The notes under the pieces are model-generated. The model saw only the letters and a list, made by a program, of their open reading frames with translations, did no database searches and was not told the DNA's origin. The translations under genes and the position numbers were made by a program. A stretch of 64,000 bases of DNA. Source: Candidatus Woesearchaeota archaeon. GTDB lineage: Archaea > Nanobdellota > Nanobdellia > SCGC-AAA011-G17 > JACPNG01. Positions 42,845-52,686 of this stretch are shown here, one piece after another (the first letter of the stretch is position 1; each line of letters starts with the position of its first letter). The DNA is taken from contig JACPNE010000002.1 of NCBI GenBank assembly GCA_016185615.1, positions 5,253 to 69,252 of the forward strand, in the 5' to 3' direction.

Positions 42845-42964
42845 GTGATGAACAGCATCCCAGATTTCCCGCTCAAAGAGTAGTACAGTCTGAAACGTTG
42901 ACCCGTTTTACTGCCGAGTTCGGAATGGGATCGGGTAGTTCCAGGTCACTATGACCGTCCATCA
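42845..42964 (-). rRNA. rrf: 5S rRNA (orphan, not linked to 16S/23S in this window)
   Basis: Reverse complement reads GATGGACGGTCATAGTGACCTGGAACTACCCGATCCCATTCCGAACTCGGCAGTAAAACGGG...CTGTTCATC. Helix I closes, with two G-U pairs. GC-rich patch in an AT-rich context. Confidence 0.85.
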
Positions 42965-42984
42965 ATAATTTTGTAGAAATAACT

Positions 42985-42994
42985 ATTTATAAAT
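42985..42994 (-). promoter_or_regulatory. TATA box for 5S rRNA
   Basis: TTTATAAATA (minus strand) is centred about 26 bp upstream of the 5S 5' end. Confidence 0.45.
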
Positions 42995-43357
42995 CTAACT
43001 ATGAATTCCAATCATTCTTTTAACTTGTTCCCATGAATTGGATACTATCAATTTTTGACCTTCGCTTGAAACAAATAATTTTCTTTTCTTGAGTTTATTT
43101 TCTAATACTTTAAGTTGTGATTCAATACATTCATCTATTCCTTCTTTATCTCCTCTATCAATTGTCACTTCACCTAAATCTAACTCATGAATTCCATTAT
43201 TTTGGAAACTGGCTTTAATCATATATCTATTTTCAGAAGATGCGCCAGAAAGAGGAGTATAACTAATATTAATCCGAATATCTTCTTGGGACTTTCTTTT
43301 CATAGCTATAGATATTACTTTATCCATAAATCCTTTTTCATCAGGATAATCTATCAT
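42995..43357 (-). CDS. Hypothetical protein
   Basis: 120-aa ORF. No family recognised. Confidence 0.45.
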   Translation of the reverse strand: MIDYPDEKGFMDKVISIAMKRKSQEDIRINISYTPLSGASSENRYMIKASFQNNGIHELDLGEVTIDRGDKEGIDECIESQLKVLENKLKKRKLFVSSEGQKLIVSNSWEQVKRMIGIHS

Positions 43358-43415
43358 ACTATTTCAAAGAAACAATGATTTATAAGCTTTACTATTTTTC
43401 ACTACTAAATAATGG

Positions 43416-43760
43416 TTAATTTATCATCTTCAAATCTTTAGTTATCTTATCTATCTTATCTTCTTTATCTGGACCTATTCCAAGACACGTTAATGTAGCT
43501 TTATTAAAGAAAGTTCTTCCGGCATCCTTGATCAAAGCAGTAATTAACTTTTCTTTTTTAGCTAATCTCTCAAACTTCAATAATTCTTGATCATCTTCAA
43601 CAGCTAAAACAACTTTTTTCCCATTTGATTTATTCAACCATTCATTTACTTTTCTTTTATCTGACTTCAAAACAGCTTCAACAGCAGCATGAGCACATTG
43701 TGCGGAAGCCTTTCCTGTTGGCATCTTAATATCTTTTCTCAATAATATAACTAATTTCAT
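43416..43760 (-). CDS. pth: Peptidyl-tRNA hydrolase, archaeal type (Pth2)
   Basis: 'MPTGKASAQCAHAAVEA' and 'LIKDAGRTFFNKATLTCLGIGP'. Confidence 0.9.
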   Translation of the reverse strand: MKLVILLRKDIKMPTGKASAQCAHAAVEAVLKSDKRKVNEWLNKSNGKKVVLAVEDDQELLKFERLAKKEKLITALIKDAGRTFFNKATLTCLGIGPDKEDKIDKITKDLKMIN

Positions 43761-43780
43761 ACATAACTTATGGATAACTT

Positions 43781-43789
43781 TTATAAATA
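43781..43789 (+). promoter_or_regulatory. TATA box for tRNA-Pro
   Basis: TTATAAATA is centred about 30 bp upstream of the tRNA 5' end. Confidence 0.45.
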
Positions 43790-43815
43790 GTTTATGTTAT
43801 AGGGAATATTAAAAA

Positions 43816-43890
43816 GGGGCTGTGGTGTAGCTTGGTCTATCATCTCGGGTTTGGGACCCGAGGACCTCGGTTCGAATCCGGGCAGCCCCA
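43816..43890 (+). tRNA. tRNA-Pro (anticodon TGG)
   Basis: Acceptor GGGGCTG/CAGCCCC. Anticodon stem TCGGG/CCCGA with loop TTTGGGA. T loop TTCGAAT. Confidence 0.85.
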
Positions 43891-43899
43891 AATTTTAAT

Positions 43900-44283
43900 A
43901 TGAAATACCCACAATTAATATTAAGGATTGGTTTAGGAGCAGTATTTTTTTATTTTGGAATAATGAAATTTTTTAATCCAGTATTCTGGGCAAGTTTTAT
44001 TCCAGTATATATTGAAAATTTACTGCCAATAAGCATTAATTTATTTTTATATATACAAGGATTAGTTGAAGCAATCATTGGATTAGCATTGATATTCGGA
44101 TTTTATACAAGATTATTTTCATTTTTGACAGCCTCAATCCTTTTTGTGATTATGGTTTCGCTTGGATTTAATGATGTTACTGTAAGAGACTTTGGATTGT
44201 TCATGATGGCAGTATCATTGATAATAAGTGGGGCTGGAGAACTAAGTTTGGACAATAAAATAAAACCAAAAAAAAGTTTATAG
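43900..44283 (+). CDS. DoxX-family membrane protein
   Basis: 'LRIGLGAVFFYFGIMKF' and 4 TM helices. Confidence 0.65.
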   Translation: MKYPQLILRIGLGAVFFYFGIMKFFNPVFWASFIPVYIENLLPISINLFLYIQGLVEAIIGLALIFGFYTRLFSFLTASILFVIMVSLGFNDVTVRDFGLFMMAVSLIISGAGELSLDNKIKPKKSL

Positions 44284-44317
44284 AAAGATTTTTAAAACAA
44301 CCTAAAATAGGATTAAT

Positions 44318-44527
44318 ATGAAAACTAAGAAAGTAGGTTCAGCCGGCAGATTTGGTGCAAGATACGGTAGAAAGGTAAGGCAAAGGGTTATTGATATTGA
44401 AGTAAAACAAAGACAATGGCACAAATGTCCTTATTGTTTAAAATCAAGAGTCAGAAGATTAGCTGTAGGAATATGGAAATGCAAATCATGCGATTCTGAA
44501 TTTACTGGAAGAGCTTATGAGGTATAA
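44318..44527 (+). CDS. rpl37ae: 50S ribosomal protein L37Ae (eL43)
   Basis: 'KKVGSAGRFGARYGRKVR' and a 'CPYC...CKSC' zinc ribbon. Confidence 0.9.
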   Translation: MKTKKVGSAGRFGARYGRKVRQRVIDIEVKQRQWHKCPYCLKSRVRRLAVGIWKCKSCDSEFTGRAYEV

Positions 44528-44529
44528 AA

Positions 44530-44667
44530 ATGAAATCATACAAATGTGTGCATTGTGAAAATATGGTAAAGTTAGAATATATAAGAAAAAAAATAAGATG
44601 TCCTTATTGTGGTGGAAAAATTTTATATAAAGTTAGAAATGTTCCAACAGAAGTAAAAGCAGTATAA
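44530..44667 (+). CDS. rpoP: RNA polymerase subunit Rpo12 (RpoP), absent from ORF track
   Basis: 45-aa 'MKSYKCVHCENMVKLEYIRKKIRCPYCGGKILYKVRNVPTEVKAV'. Canonical position after L37Ae. Confidence 0.8.
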   Translation: MKSYKCVHCENMVKLEYIRKKIRCPYCGGKILYKVRNVPTEVKAV

Positions 44668-44668
44668 A

Positions 44669-45001
44669 ATGAAATTATCTAAAGAAACTGAACAAAATAT
44701 CTCCCAATTACAGTTATTAGAACAAAACTTACAGAATTTCTTGGCGCAAAAGCAGACTTTTCAAGCCCAATTAATGGAAGTGGAAAATGCATTAAAAGAA
44801 CTTGATTCTGCAAAAGATGATACTTATAAGATAGTTGGTAATGTAATGATAAAAGAAAAAAAAGAAGAATTAATAAAGGACTTAAATTCAAGAAAAGAGA
44901 TAGCTGAATTAAGATTAAAAACAATAGAGAAACAAGAAACAAAAATAAAAGAAAGAGCTGAAGAATTACAAAAAAAAGTAATGAAAGAACTAGAAAAATA
45001 A
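44669..45001 (+). CDS. pfdB: Prefoldin beta subunit
   Basis: Coiled-coil/beta-hairpin/coiled-coil pattern ('YKIVGNVMIK' hairpin). Canonical L37Ae-RpoP-PfdB order. Confidence 0.8.
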   Translation: MKLSKETEQNISQLQLLEQNLQNFLAQKQTFQAQLMEVENALKELDSAKDDTYKIVGNVMIKEKKEELIKDLNSRKEIAELRLKTIEKQETKIKERAEELQKKVMKELEK

Positions 45002-45023
45002 AAAAAAGAGCGAGAGTGACAAT

Positions 45024-45257
45024 ATGGAAGAGATAATTAGTTTATTAGCCCAGTTAGAACAGGAAGGAGCCCTTCCTAAAAATATAAAATCAAAGATAAA
45101 AAACACAGTAATCATGCTGGATAATAATCTGGATATTGCAATAAAGATAGACAAATCATTACAAGAGCTGGATGAGATAGCAGAAGACCCTAATGTTCCT
45201 AGCTATATAAGGACCCAAATATGGAATGTTATGAGTCTATTAGAGAGTAGAAAATAA
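45024..45257 (+). CDS. UPF0147-family small helical protein
   Basis: 'LPKNIKSKIKNTVIMLDN...DPNVPSYIRTQIWNVMSLLE' matches the UPF0147 pattern as I recall it. Confidence 0.6.
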   Translation: MEEIISLLAQLEQEGALPKNIKSKIKNTVIMLDNNLDIAIKIDKSLQELDEIAEDPNVPSYIRTQIWNVMSLLESRK

Positions 45258-45317
45258 ATTGTAGTTTATAGAAATATTTAAATATAGAGATAATAATAAT
45301 CATTTAGGAGGAACATC

Positions 45318-45719
45318 ATGAGGAGAACTTTAGCAAAGATTAAAGGTATGACAGATAAGCTTATGGGTAGTACCTCTTATTCTGATGACGAGTTTGATGA
45401 AGATTACTTATCAATTGATACTGAGAAGCATACTGGCGAGAAAGCAAAAATACTTGTTAAGCCTTTTACAATAGAAACTTTTGATGATATCAAACCAGCA
45501 TTAGATGCATTAAGAGAGGGTTATACAATAGCTTTAATCAACATAAGAATACTAAAAGATAAAGATATTGTAGAGCTTAAGAGAGCTATTAATAAGATAA
45601 AGAAGACTTGTGATGCTATCGAGGGAGATATAGCTGGATTTGGAGAGGACTGGATTGTAGTTACCCCAAGTTTCGCAAAAGTTGACAGGAATAAAGAGAC
45701 AGCAGAAGTAAAAGAATAA
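45318..45719 (+). CDS. sepF: Cell-division protein SepF homolog
   Basis: C-terminal DUF552-like core 'VKPFTIETFDDIKPALDALREGYTIALINI...RAINKIKKTCDAIEGDIAGFGEDWIVVTP'. Confidence 0.75.
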   Translation: MRRTLAKIKGMTDKLMGSTSYSDDEFDEDYLSIDTEKHTGEKAKILVKPFTIETFDDIKPALDALREGYTIALINIRILKDKDIVELKRAINKIKKTCDAIEGDIAGFGEDWIVVTPSFAKVDRNKETAEVKE

Positions 45720-45771
45720 TTTTTTCTTATTTATAGTAATATTTTTATAATTATCAATTAGAATTATCATT

Positions 45772-46482
45772 GTGAAAGCTATAATAAAATTAGAAGATGT
45801 ATGGAAAATTTATGAGTTGGGTGATGTTAAGGTAGAGGCTTTAAGGGGATTAAACTTAGAAGTCTATCAAGGAGAGTTCTTAACAGTTTTCGGCAAATCT
45901 GGCTCAGGAAAAAGCACTTCATTGAACATGATCGGGGCTTTGGATATCCCTACAAAAGGAAGAATATTTTTAGATGGAAAAAACATCTCAAAATTGGATG
46001 AGTCTGATCTAGCTCAGTTAAGAGGAAAAAAAATAGGTTTTGTTTTTCAGACATTTAATCTAATTCCTAGCTTGACAGCATTGGAAAATGTAATGCTCCC
46101 AATGATGTTTCAGGATATTAATAGGGATGAAAGAATCAACCGAGCTAGAAAGTTATTAGAAGATGTACAACTTGAACATAGAATTAACCATAAGCCAAAT
46201 GAATTAAGCGGTGGAGAGCGTCAAAGGGTTGCTATCGCAAGGGCATTAGCAAATGATCCAGAGGTTGTATTAGCTGATGAGCCAACTGGAAATCTTGATT
46301 CCAAAACAGGAGAGGAAATAATGAACTTATTCAAGGGATTACATAAAAAATTCAAGAAAACAATCATAATGGTTACCCATGATTTGGGATTGACAAAATA
46401 TTCTGAAAGAACATACATTTTAAAGGATGGGAAAGTTATAAAAACTGTAAAAGGTGCTATAACAAAGGAGATGATAACTTGA
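45772..46482 (+). CDS. ABC transporter ATP-binding protein (MacB/LolD-type)
   Basis: Walker A 'GKSGSGKST', signature 'LSGGERQRVAIARAL', Walker B 'VLADEPTGNLD'. GTG start. Confidence 0.9.
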   Translation: MKAIIKLEDVWKIYELGDVKVEALRGLNLEVYQGEFLTVFGKSGSGKSTSLNMIGALDIPTKGRIFLDGKNISKLDESDLAQLRGKKIGFVFQTFNLIPSLTALENVMLPMMFQDINRDERINRARKLLEDVQLEHRINHKPNELSGGERQRVAIARALANDPEVVLADEPTGNLDSKTGEEIMNLFKGLHKKFKKTIIMVTHDLGLTKYSERTYILKDGKVIKTVKGAITKEMIT

Positions 46483-47843
46483 AAAAAGTAATATTTCTAA
46501 CTTTTACATTTTTATTTTTAATTCCATTTGTTAATGCAATTACAATAGATTATGACAGCACTTCATTGAATAAGACAGGAGGCATTGGAGAGTATCCGGT
46601 CTTGGCCATTTCTCAGCTTAAATATGAGCCATATCCTGTTGAACCAGGAGAAAGATTTAGTTTGTGGATTAAAGTAAAAAATATTGGAAGTGATCCTGCT
46701 GACAATGTTTATGTATCTTTGGTTGAGACAAAAACATTTTCCATAGATACAGACAATACAAGAATTATAGGAGAATTGCAGCCAGCCCAGGAAGCATTAT
46801 TAAAATTCGAAAATATAAAAGTAGCAGATGATATTGCTGATGGAATAAATGAAATTGAATTCTTATTAAGCCCGGGCGGTGGTTATTCAAAAAATATTCT
46901 TTCCAGAAAATTAGATATAGAGATAAGGTCTGTTGATCCTATATTAAATATATACGTTGAAACATATCCGGAAATTCTATCTCAGGGATCTCCTGCTAAA
47001 TTAAATCTTACACTAGAAAATGCTGATAATTCTATAATAAGAGATATAAACATTAAACTCCAGCTTCCGGATGAAATAGCTCCGATAGGAACTTCTATTG
47101 AGAAAAAAATAGATAGGCTGTTGCCAAAGCAGAGGGCATCTTTAATTTATGATATAATTCCATTAGGGGATGCTTTGTCAAACGCATATAAAATTCCAAT
47201 AAATTTAACTTATAGAGATGAAACTGGAGATACAATCTCAAAAGATGAGGTTATAGGATTATTAATTGGTGGTGTTATAGACTTTGATTTGGGAATAAAA
47301 GAAACAGACATAGTCAGGAAAAATCAAAAAGGAGAAGTAACATTGGGGGTTTCAAATGTTGGACCTTCTGATATAAAATTCTTAATACTTGAGGTGCTTC
47401 CATCCGAAAAATATGAAATATTATCCAATCCAAGAGAGTATATAGGAAATCTGGAAAGTGACGATTTTCAGACAGTAGAATTTAATCTTTATATAAAAGA
47501 AGACAATCCCGAAATAAAAGTATCCTTAAAATATAAAGACAACTTTAACCAAGATAAAGAAGAGATAATTGATGTTCCATTAAATACATACTCATATAAT
47601 GAAGCAAGAAAGTATGGTCTTGTAGAAAGTGGAAATCAATTAATGTATCTTTTTTATATAGTAATAATTATTATACTACTTTTAACATGGGGCGAATGGA
47701 GAAAAACAAAAAATGTAAAAGAATCAATAAAGAATGCTTTTGAAAGATTCTTTAGAGGATTAATCAGAATAATAAAATCGTTTAGTTGGAGAAATATAAA
47801 GAGACTCCCAAGAAGAATAAAGAACTTTTTTGATTCATCATAA
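46479..47843 (+). CDS. Secreted COG1361/CARDB-like repeat protein with C-terminal TM anchor
   Basis: Signal peptide. 'LKYEPYPVEPGERFSLWIKVKNIGSDPADNVYVSL' has a CARDB-like pattern. Its position between the ABC ATPase and FtsX permeases is a recurrent archaeal arrangement. Confidence 0.6.
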   Translation: MKKVIFLTFTFLFLIPFVNAITIDYDSTSLNKTGGIGEYPVLAISQLKYEPYPVEPGERFSLWIKVKNIGSDPADNVYVSLVETKTFSIDTDNTRIIGELQPAQEALLKFENIKVADDIADGINEIEFLLSPGGGYSKNILSRKLDIEIRSVDPILNIYVETYPEILSQGSPAKLNLTLENADNSIIRDINIKLQLPDEIAPIGTSIEKKIDRLLPKQRASLIYDIIPLGDALSNAYKIPINLTYRDETGDTISKDEVIGLLIGGVIDFDLGIKETDIVRKNQKGEVTLGVSNVGPSDIKFLILEVLPSEKYEILSNPREYIGNLESDDFQTVEFNLYIKEDNPEIKVSLKYKDNFNQDKEEIIDVPLNTYSYNEARKYGLVESGNQLMYLFYIVIIIILLLTWGEWRKTKNVKESIKNAFERFFRGLIRIIKSFSWRNIKRLPRRIKNFFDSS

Positions 47844-49030
47844 TGATACACGATTATCTTAGAATAGCTCTTATTAATATAATGCATAGAAAACTGAGGG
47901 CCTGGCTTACAGTTATAGGAATAGTAATTGGGGTAGGTGCAGTAATAACATTATTTTTGGTTTCTAGTGGACTAGAAAATGCAATTGTCGAGCAATTCAA
48001 TCAGCTTGGTGCAGGAAGAATATATGTTTTCCCAAAAACACAAATAGCAGGCTCATTTGAGTCAGCATTGACTGAACAAGATTTAGATACAATAAGCTCT
48101 GTTCCAGGGGTAGAGTGGACACTAGGTTACAGAGTAACAGGTTCAGGAATAGAATTCGGAAGAGAAAAAGATTTTACTCCCTATTTAATATCAATACAAA
48201 CAGATAATCTCAAGGAAAAAGTAGAAGGCATTACTTATTTTACTCCAGCAGAAGGAAGGTTGTTTGAGAACAATGAAAGGGGATCTGCTTATATAGGCCA
48301 TAATATTGCCTACGAAGTTTTTGAAAAAGACATGAGCATTGGGAATAATTTATTAATAAACAATGGAAAGTTTAAGGTTATAGGAATAGCCCCAAAAATA
48401 GGAACTCCGGATGATAACAATATATTCATGTCTGATGATGATTTTGTTGAATTGTTTCCGAATTTTGGAGATGAGGTTTCATTCATAGAATTGAAAGTAA
48501 CTGATGGTAGTGATATAGATGAAATCTCAAATAGAATTCAAAATGAATTGGAAAATGCAAGGGATGATGAGAATTTTAATATACAAACCCCTGAAAGTTT
48601 TTTGGAATCATTACAAGTAATCCTAACAGTCATACAAGTAGTTCTTGGTGGAATAGCAGCTATATCACTTGTAGTCGGAGGGATAGGAATAGCAAACTCA
48701 ATGTTCACTTCTGTATTGGAAAGAACAAGGGAAATAGGGGTAATGAAAGCAATCGGAGCAAGGAATTCAAGTATACTTTTGTTATTTCTAGTTGAATCAG
48801 CTATGATAGGATTAATCGGAGGAATAATTGGATTATTATTAGGAATAGGAGCCTCTCTGCTAATAGAGAGAATAGTAATTAATTCAGGATTTGGATTACT
48901 AAAAATAATTGTAACACCATGGATAATAATATTTGGGTTATTTTTTGCTTCAGCTGTAGGCATAATTTCCGGATTAATTCCAGCTTATAGGGCATCAAAG
49001 CAAAAACCAATTGATGCGTTGAGGTCATAA
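47843..49030 (+). CDS. FtsX/MacB-like ABC permease (paralog 1)
   Basis: N-terminal TM, large extracytoplasmic domain, C-terminal FtsX 3-TM bundle 'GGIGIANSMFTSVLERTREIGVMKAIGA'. Confidence 0.85.
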   Translation: MIHDYLRIALINIMHRKLRAWLTVIGIVIGVGAVITLFLVSSGLENAIVEQFNQLGAGRIYVFPKTQIAGSFESALTEQDLDTISSVPGVEWTLGYRVTGSGIEFGREKDFTPYLISIQTDNLKEKVEGITYFTPAEGRLFENNERGSAYIGHNIAYEVFEKDMSIGNNLLINNGKFKVIGIAPKIGTPDDNNIFMSDDDFVELFPNFGDEVSFIELKVTDGSDIDEISNRIQNELENARDDENFNIQTPESFLESLQVILTVIQVVLGGIAAISLVVGGIGIANSMFTSVLERTREIGVMKAIGARNSSILLLFLVESAMIGLIGGIIGLLLGIGASLLIERIVINSGFGLLKIIVTPWIIIFGLFFASAVGIISGLIPAYRASKQKPIDALRS

Positions 49031-50217
49031 TGGAAATAAATGAAATAATTAGGTTGTCATTTAGGAATTTAATAAGAAGAAAACTGAGATCAGGGTTGAC
49101 AGTTATAGGAATAATTATTGGAATCACGTCTATTATCTCATTAATCTCATTATCACAGGGATTAGAGGAGTCAATAACAGGAGAATTTGCAAGACTAGGC
49201 TCAAATAATATAATAATTACACAAAAAGGATTATCCGGGCCACCGATAGGAACAAAAGCATTAACTGAAAAAGACCTGGAATTTCTGGAAAAATTTAATG
49301 AATTTGAATTTGTCCTTCCTGGCTATATTAAATCTGCTGAAGTTGAATTTAATAATCAAAAAGTTGTAACCTTAGTTTCTGCAACAGCACAGAATTTAGC
49401 TGACGAAAGGGCGGAAGTTTTCGGATTTGAATTTGCAGAAGGTAGAAATCTTAATGATAATTCACGAGGGGATGTGTTTATCGGAGATGTACTTGCAAAA
49501 GATACATTCGATAAGGAGATTTTTATTAATTCAAATATAGAGATAAACAATAAAAGATTTAGGGTTATTGGGATTCTTAAGAGAGAAGGTTCTCAGGAGG
49601 TTGATAGGATTATAGGAATGTCCGAAGAGGATATTAAAGAATTATTTGATTTGGAAGATACAGTAAATGCGATTAATGCGCAGGTTAAAGAAGGAGTTGA
49701 TCTTGATAGCTTAGTTGAGGAAGTCAAAAGAGAATTGGAGGACTTTAGAGATTCAGAGGATATAGATGTTCAGACACCAGCACAACTCCAGGAGCAATTT
49801 AGTAATATAATCGGAATTGTAAGCATTGTTGTCGTGGGAATAGCAGCTATATCACTTGTAGTCGGAGGGATAGGAATAGCAAACTCAATGTTCACTTCTG
49901 TATTGGAAAGAACAAGGGAAATAGGGGTAATGAAAGCAATCGGAGCAAGGAATTCTGAAATTCTTGGTATATTCATCTGGGAAGCAGCAACAATAGGATT
50001 AATCGGAGGAATAATTGGTGTATTTCTTGGATTATTGGTTTCATATTTAATAAAATTAGGAGCATCTCTTGGAGGCATTGAAATTAATATAATCTATAAT
50101 CTAAATGTAATAATCTTTGCATTGGTTTTCTCGATGGTAATTGGGATAGTTTCGGGATTATGGCCTGCTGTACAAGCATCAAGACAGAAGCCAGTTGATT
50201 CGTTAAGATATGAATAA
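49030..50217 (+). CDS. FtsX/MacB-like ABC permease (paralog 2)
   Basis: Same architecture and same length (395 aa) as paralog 1. ATG overlaps the upstream stop. Confidence 0.85.
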   Translation: MEINEIIRLSFRNLIRRKLRSGLTVIGIIIGITSIISLISLSQGLEESITGEFARLGSNNIIITQKGLSGPPIGTKALTEKDLEFLEKFNEFEFVLPGYIKSAEVEFNNQKVVTLVSATAQNLADERAEVFGFEFAEGRNLNDNSRGDVFIGDVLAKDTFDKEIFINSNIEINNKRFRVIGILKREGSQEVDRIIGMSEEDIKELFDLEDTVNAINAQVKEGVDLDSLVEEVKRELEDFRDSEDIDVQTPAQLQEQFSNIIGIVSIVVVGIAAISLVVGGIGIANSMFTSVLERTREIGVMKAIGARNSEILGIFIWEAATIGLIGGIIGVFLGLLVSYLIKLGASLGGIEINIIYNLNVIIFALVFSMVIGIVSGLWPAVQASRQKPVDSLRYE

Positions 50218-50251
50218 AAAAATAAAAAAAGAAATTTTATATGAGAATTAT

Positions 50252-50299
50252 TTATCTCTTCCTCTTTTTTGATGCAGAAGCTTTTCTCTTCTTTGCCAC
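50252..50299 (-). CDS. Micro-ORF encoding a 15-aa Lys/Arg-rich peptide
   Basis: GTG-start 'MAKKRKASASKKRKR' preceded by GAGGTGATAAAG. Shares 'RKAS' with the 16749 peptide. Confidence 0.25.
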   Translation of the reverse strand: MAKKRKASASKKRKR

Positions 50300-50360
50300 C
50301 TTTATCACCTCACAATTATTATTAGTTAAATCGATAAGTCAATCTAGTTTAAAAATATTA

Positions 50361-50906
50361 TTATTTTTTTAGTTTGATGACTTCGTTTTTAGTCAACATA
50401 GAATTAGGAATGTAAACAATATCTTTCTTTTTTGTCTTTATTCTTGTCTCGACAAGATTGACATGTATGACTTCTCCCTCTATATCTTTTACCCTTATTT
50501 TATCCCCTGGTTGGATTTTTTCTTTCTGGTGGATCATAAATCCGGCCACAATATTTGGGATAAAATCTTTGAATGCCAATATGATAAATCCGACCAATAT
50601 AGCGAGTATTATTATCAGCAAGATTGACAATAAAGTTGTTGTTAATCCAAGCTGGTTAAGCGCCATTATTACAGCTATGAAATATATAAGATATTTTACT
50701 AATGATGCTATAAATTCCTCTACTTGTATCTTTACTCCGGCTTGCTCCTTGAGAATCCTGTTTGTTTCCAGCTCTTGAAGCAGCTTCTTTGTAAGATTAC
50801 TTAATATTCTTGCTATTACAAACCCTATCAACAAGATTATAATTGCTGTTATTAATCTGATGACTATATTCTGAGAATCTATATTAAATATACTCAAATC
50901 AACCAT
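50361..50906 (-). CDS. mscS: Small-conductance mechanosensitive channel (MscS family, short form)
   Basis: Three TM helices followed by the beta-domain 'GDKIRVKDIEGEVIHVNLVETRIKT'. Confidence 0.7.
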   Translation of the reverse strand: MVDLSIFNIDSQNIVIRLITAIIILLIGFVIARILSNLTKKLLQELETNRILKEQAGVKIQVEEFIASLVKYLIYFIAVIMALNQLGLTTTLLSILLIIILAILVGFIILAFKDFIPNIVAGFMIHQKEKIQPGDKIRVKDIEGEVIHVNLVETRIKTKKKDIVYIPNSMLTKNEVIKLKK

Positions 50907-51014
50907 AAATTACCTCTTTTTATGAAGTTTAAAAATTTGTTGTTTACAATATTAATATACTAAAAGAAAGTTATCTATCGGAAAGTTTATAACTAATCAA
51001 CCTGTAATTTTAAT

Positions 51015-51284
51015 ATGAATGAAAGGAAAGAAGCATTATTCAAAATAATTGTTCTTATTGTATCAGGCATTATATTGGGCGTGTGGGGATATTTAATTGG
51101 AATATTATCTCTTGTGCATTGGATTATAGTAATCTTCTCAAATAAAAGAAACAAATCCATTGCAGAATTTTTGGAATACTGGAATACAGAATCTTATAAA
51201 TTTTATAAGTATATAACCGGTGTAACTAATGACAGGCCATTTCCATTTTCAGAGATGTCAAGAATTAGTAAATTTAAGAGATGA
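51015..51284 (+). CDS. Small membrane protein (DUF4389-like)
   Basis: Two TM helices and a 'NDRPFPF' tail. Weak family resemblance. Confidence 0.4.
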   Translation: MNERKEALFKIIVLIVSGIILGVWGYLIGILSLVHWIIVIFSNKRNKSIAEFLEYWNTESYKFYKYITGVTNDRPFPFSEMSRISKFKR

Positions 51285-51358
51285 TTCTTTATAAAATTCA
51301 GATAATAGAGTAAATTTAAATATAATTGTTATTCCTAAACTATATCTTGTGAACAAAA

Positions 51359-52192
51359 ATGGCAACAAATCCAGGTTATGAATATGCTAATGCTCTTAAG
51401 AAGTATCATGAAGCTAAGACAGTAAATGAAAAACTAAAGGCATTGCATGAGATGTTGCAGACTGCTCCAAAACATAAGTCTGCAGAAAATCTTTTAGCAG
51501 ATATAAAAGCCAAGATAGCAAAATACAAAAAGATGGTTGAGAAGGAGGCATCCCAAAAAAGGGGAAAAACCAAATTCTCGATAAAAAAGGAAGGCTCAGC
51601 TACAATATGCATTGTCGGAACAACTAATTCTGGAAAATCTACATTATTAAAAGATTTGACAAATGCCAAGCCGGAGATAGCACCCTATCCATTTACAACC
51701 AAGAAACCAGAGGTTGGAACATTGGATTATAATGGAATAAAACTGCAAGTTATAGAAATTCCCCCAATAGTAAAAAATTTTAGGGATACAAAAAATGGAT
51801 TGGCATTTCTTAGTATAATAAGAATGTCTGATCTTGTTATCTTGATGTTTAATAATGATAAAGAAAAAAAGTTATTGGAGGATGAATTGTATGACATAGA
51901 TATCCCAATATTAACTTACACCAATCAGTCTAATCTAAATGATAAAATTTGGAATAAGCTTGGATTGATAAAAGTATATACAAAACAGCCTGGAAAAGAA
52001 AAAGATTATCCTCCTGTTGCATTGAAGAAAGGCTCAATTGTAAGGGAATTAGCTGAACATGTTCATAAAGACTTTGTAAAAAAATTCAAGTTTGCAAGAG
52101 TATGGGGAAAATCTGTAAAATTTAATTCTCAAAGGGTTGGCATGGATCATATAATGCAGGATAATGATATTGTAGAATTACACATTAAATAA
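51359..52192 (+). CDS. Obg/DRG-family GTPase with C-terminal TGS domain
   Basis: G1 'GTTNSGKST', G2 'YPFTT', and TGS 'IKVYTKQPGKE...ARVWGKSVKFNSQRVGMDHIMQDNDIVELH'. Confidence 0.8.
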   Translation: MATNPGYEYANALKKYHEAKTVNEKLKALHEMLQTAPKHKSAENLLADIKAKIAKYKKMVEKEASQKRGKTKFSIKKEGSATICIVGTTNSGKSTLLKDLTNAKPEIAPYPFTTKKPEVGTLDYNGIKLQVIEIPPIVKNFRDTKNGLAFLSIIRMSDLVILMFNNDKEKKLLEDELYDIDIPILTYTNQSNLNDKIWNKLGLIKVYTKQPGKEKDYPPVALKKGSIVRELAEHVHKDFVKKFKFARVWGKSVKFNSQRVGMDHIMQDNDIVELHIK

Positions 52193-52655
52193 CATTGAAA
52201 CAAAGTTTAATCTCTTCTTCAAATCCTCTGTCATAGAATACGGCACAGTTTAATCCTCTTTCTAATCCTAATGTTAAATGTTTAAGTTCCCTATCAAATC
52301 CGCCCCTGCAATATGGCTTTCCGCAACCCTCTATATAATCTCCACCCTTATACAACTCATTGCTTTTTATTCCTGTTGTTTCATCAGGATACCAAAAGAA
52401 CTTTACTAATGAATTTGTACCAAAAGGATATCCAGTATTAATTTTAAAGTAAACATGTTTTCCATATTTAACATCAAGTAATTCATCATCATAATAATTG
52501 ATGTCATCATTAGATATCATTACAGTTGTCATCTGTCTTTCTTCATAGCCCCTTGACTTCTGTTTGATTATATTTCCAGTAAATGCAAAGCTTAGAAATC
52601 CTAAAGCTAACAACACAACAACCGCTATAGCCAGTATCTTGGTGTCATTCTCCAT
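52185..52655 (-). CDS. TM-anchored small extracytoplasmic 4-Cys domain protein (paralog of 29470-29910)
   Basis: 'MENDTKILAIAVVVLLALGFLSFAF' and 'GCGKPYCR...CAVFYDRGFEEEIKLCFNVI' align with the 29470 ORF. Confidence 0.5.
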   Translation of the reverse strand: MENDTKILAIAVVVLLALGFLSFAFTGNIIKQKSRGYEERQMTTVMISNDDINYYDDELLDVKYGKHVYFKINTGYPFGTNSLVKFFWYPDETTGIKSNELYKGGDYIEGCGKPYCRGGFDRELKHLTLGLERGLNCAVFYDRGFEEEIKLCFNVI

Positions 52656-52686
52656 AAACTAAATATAATTTACTTATATTTAAAGG

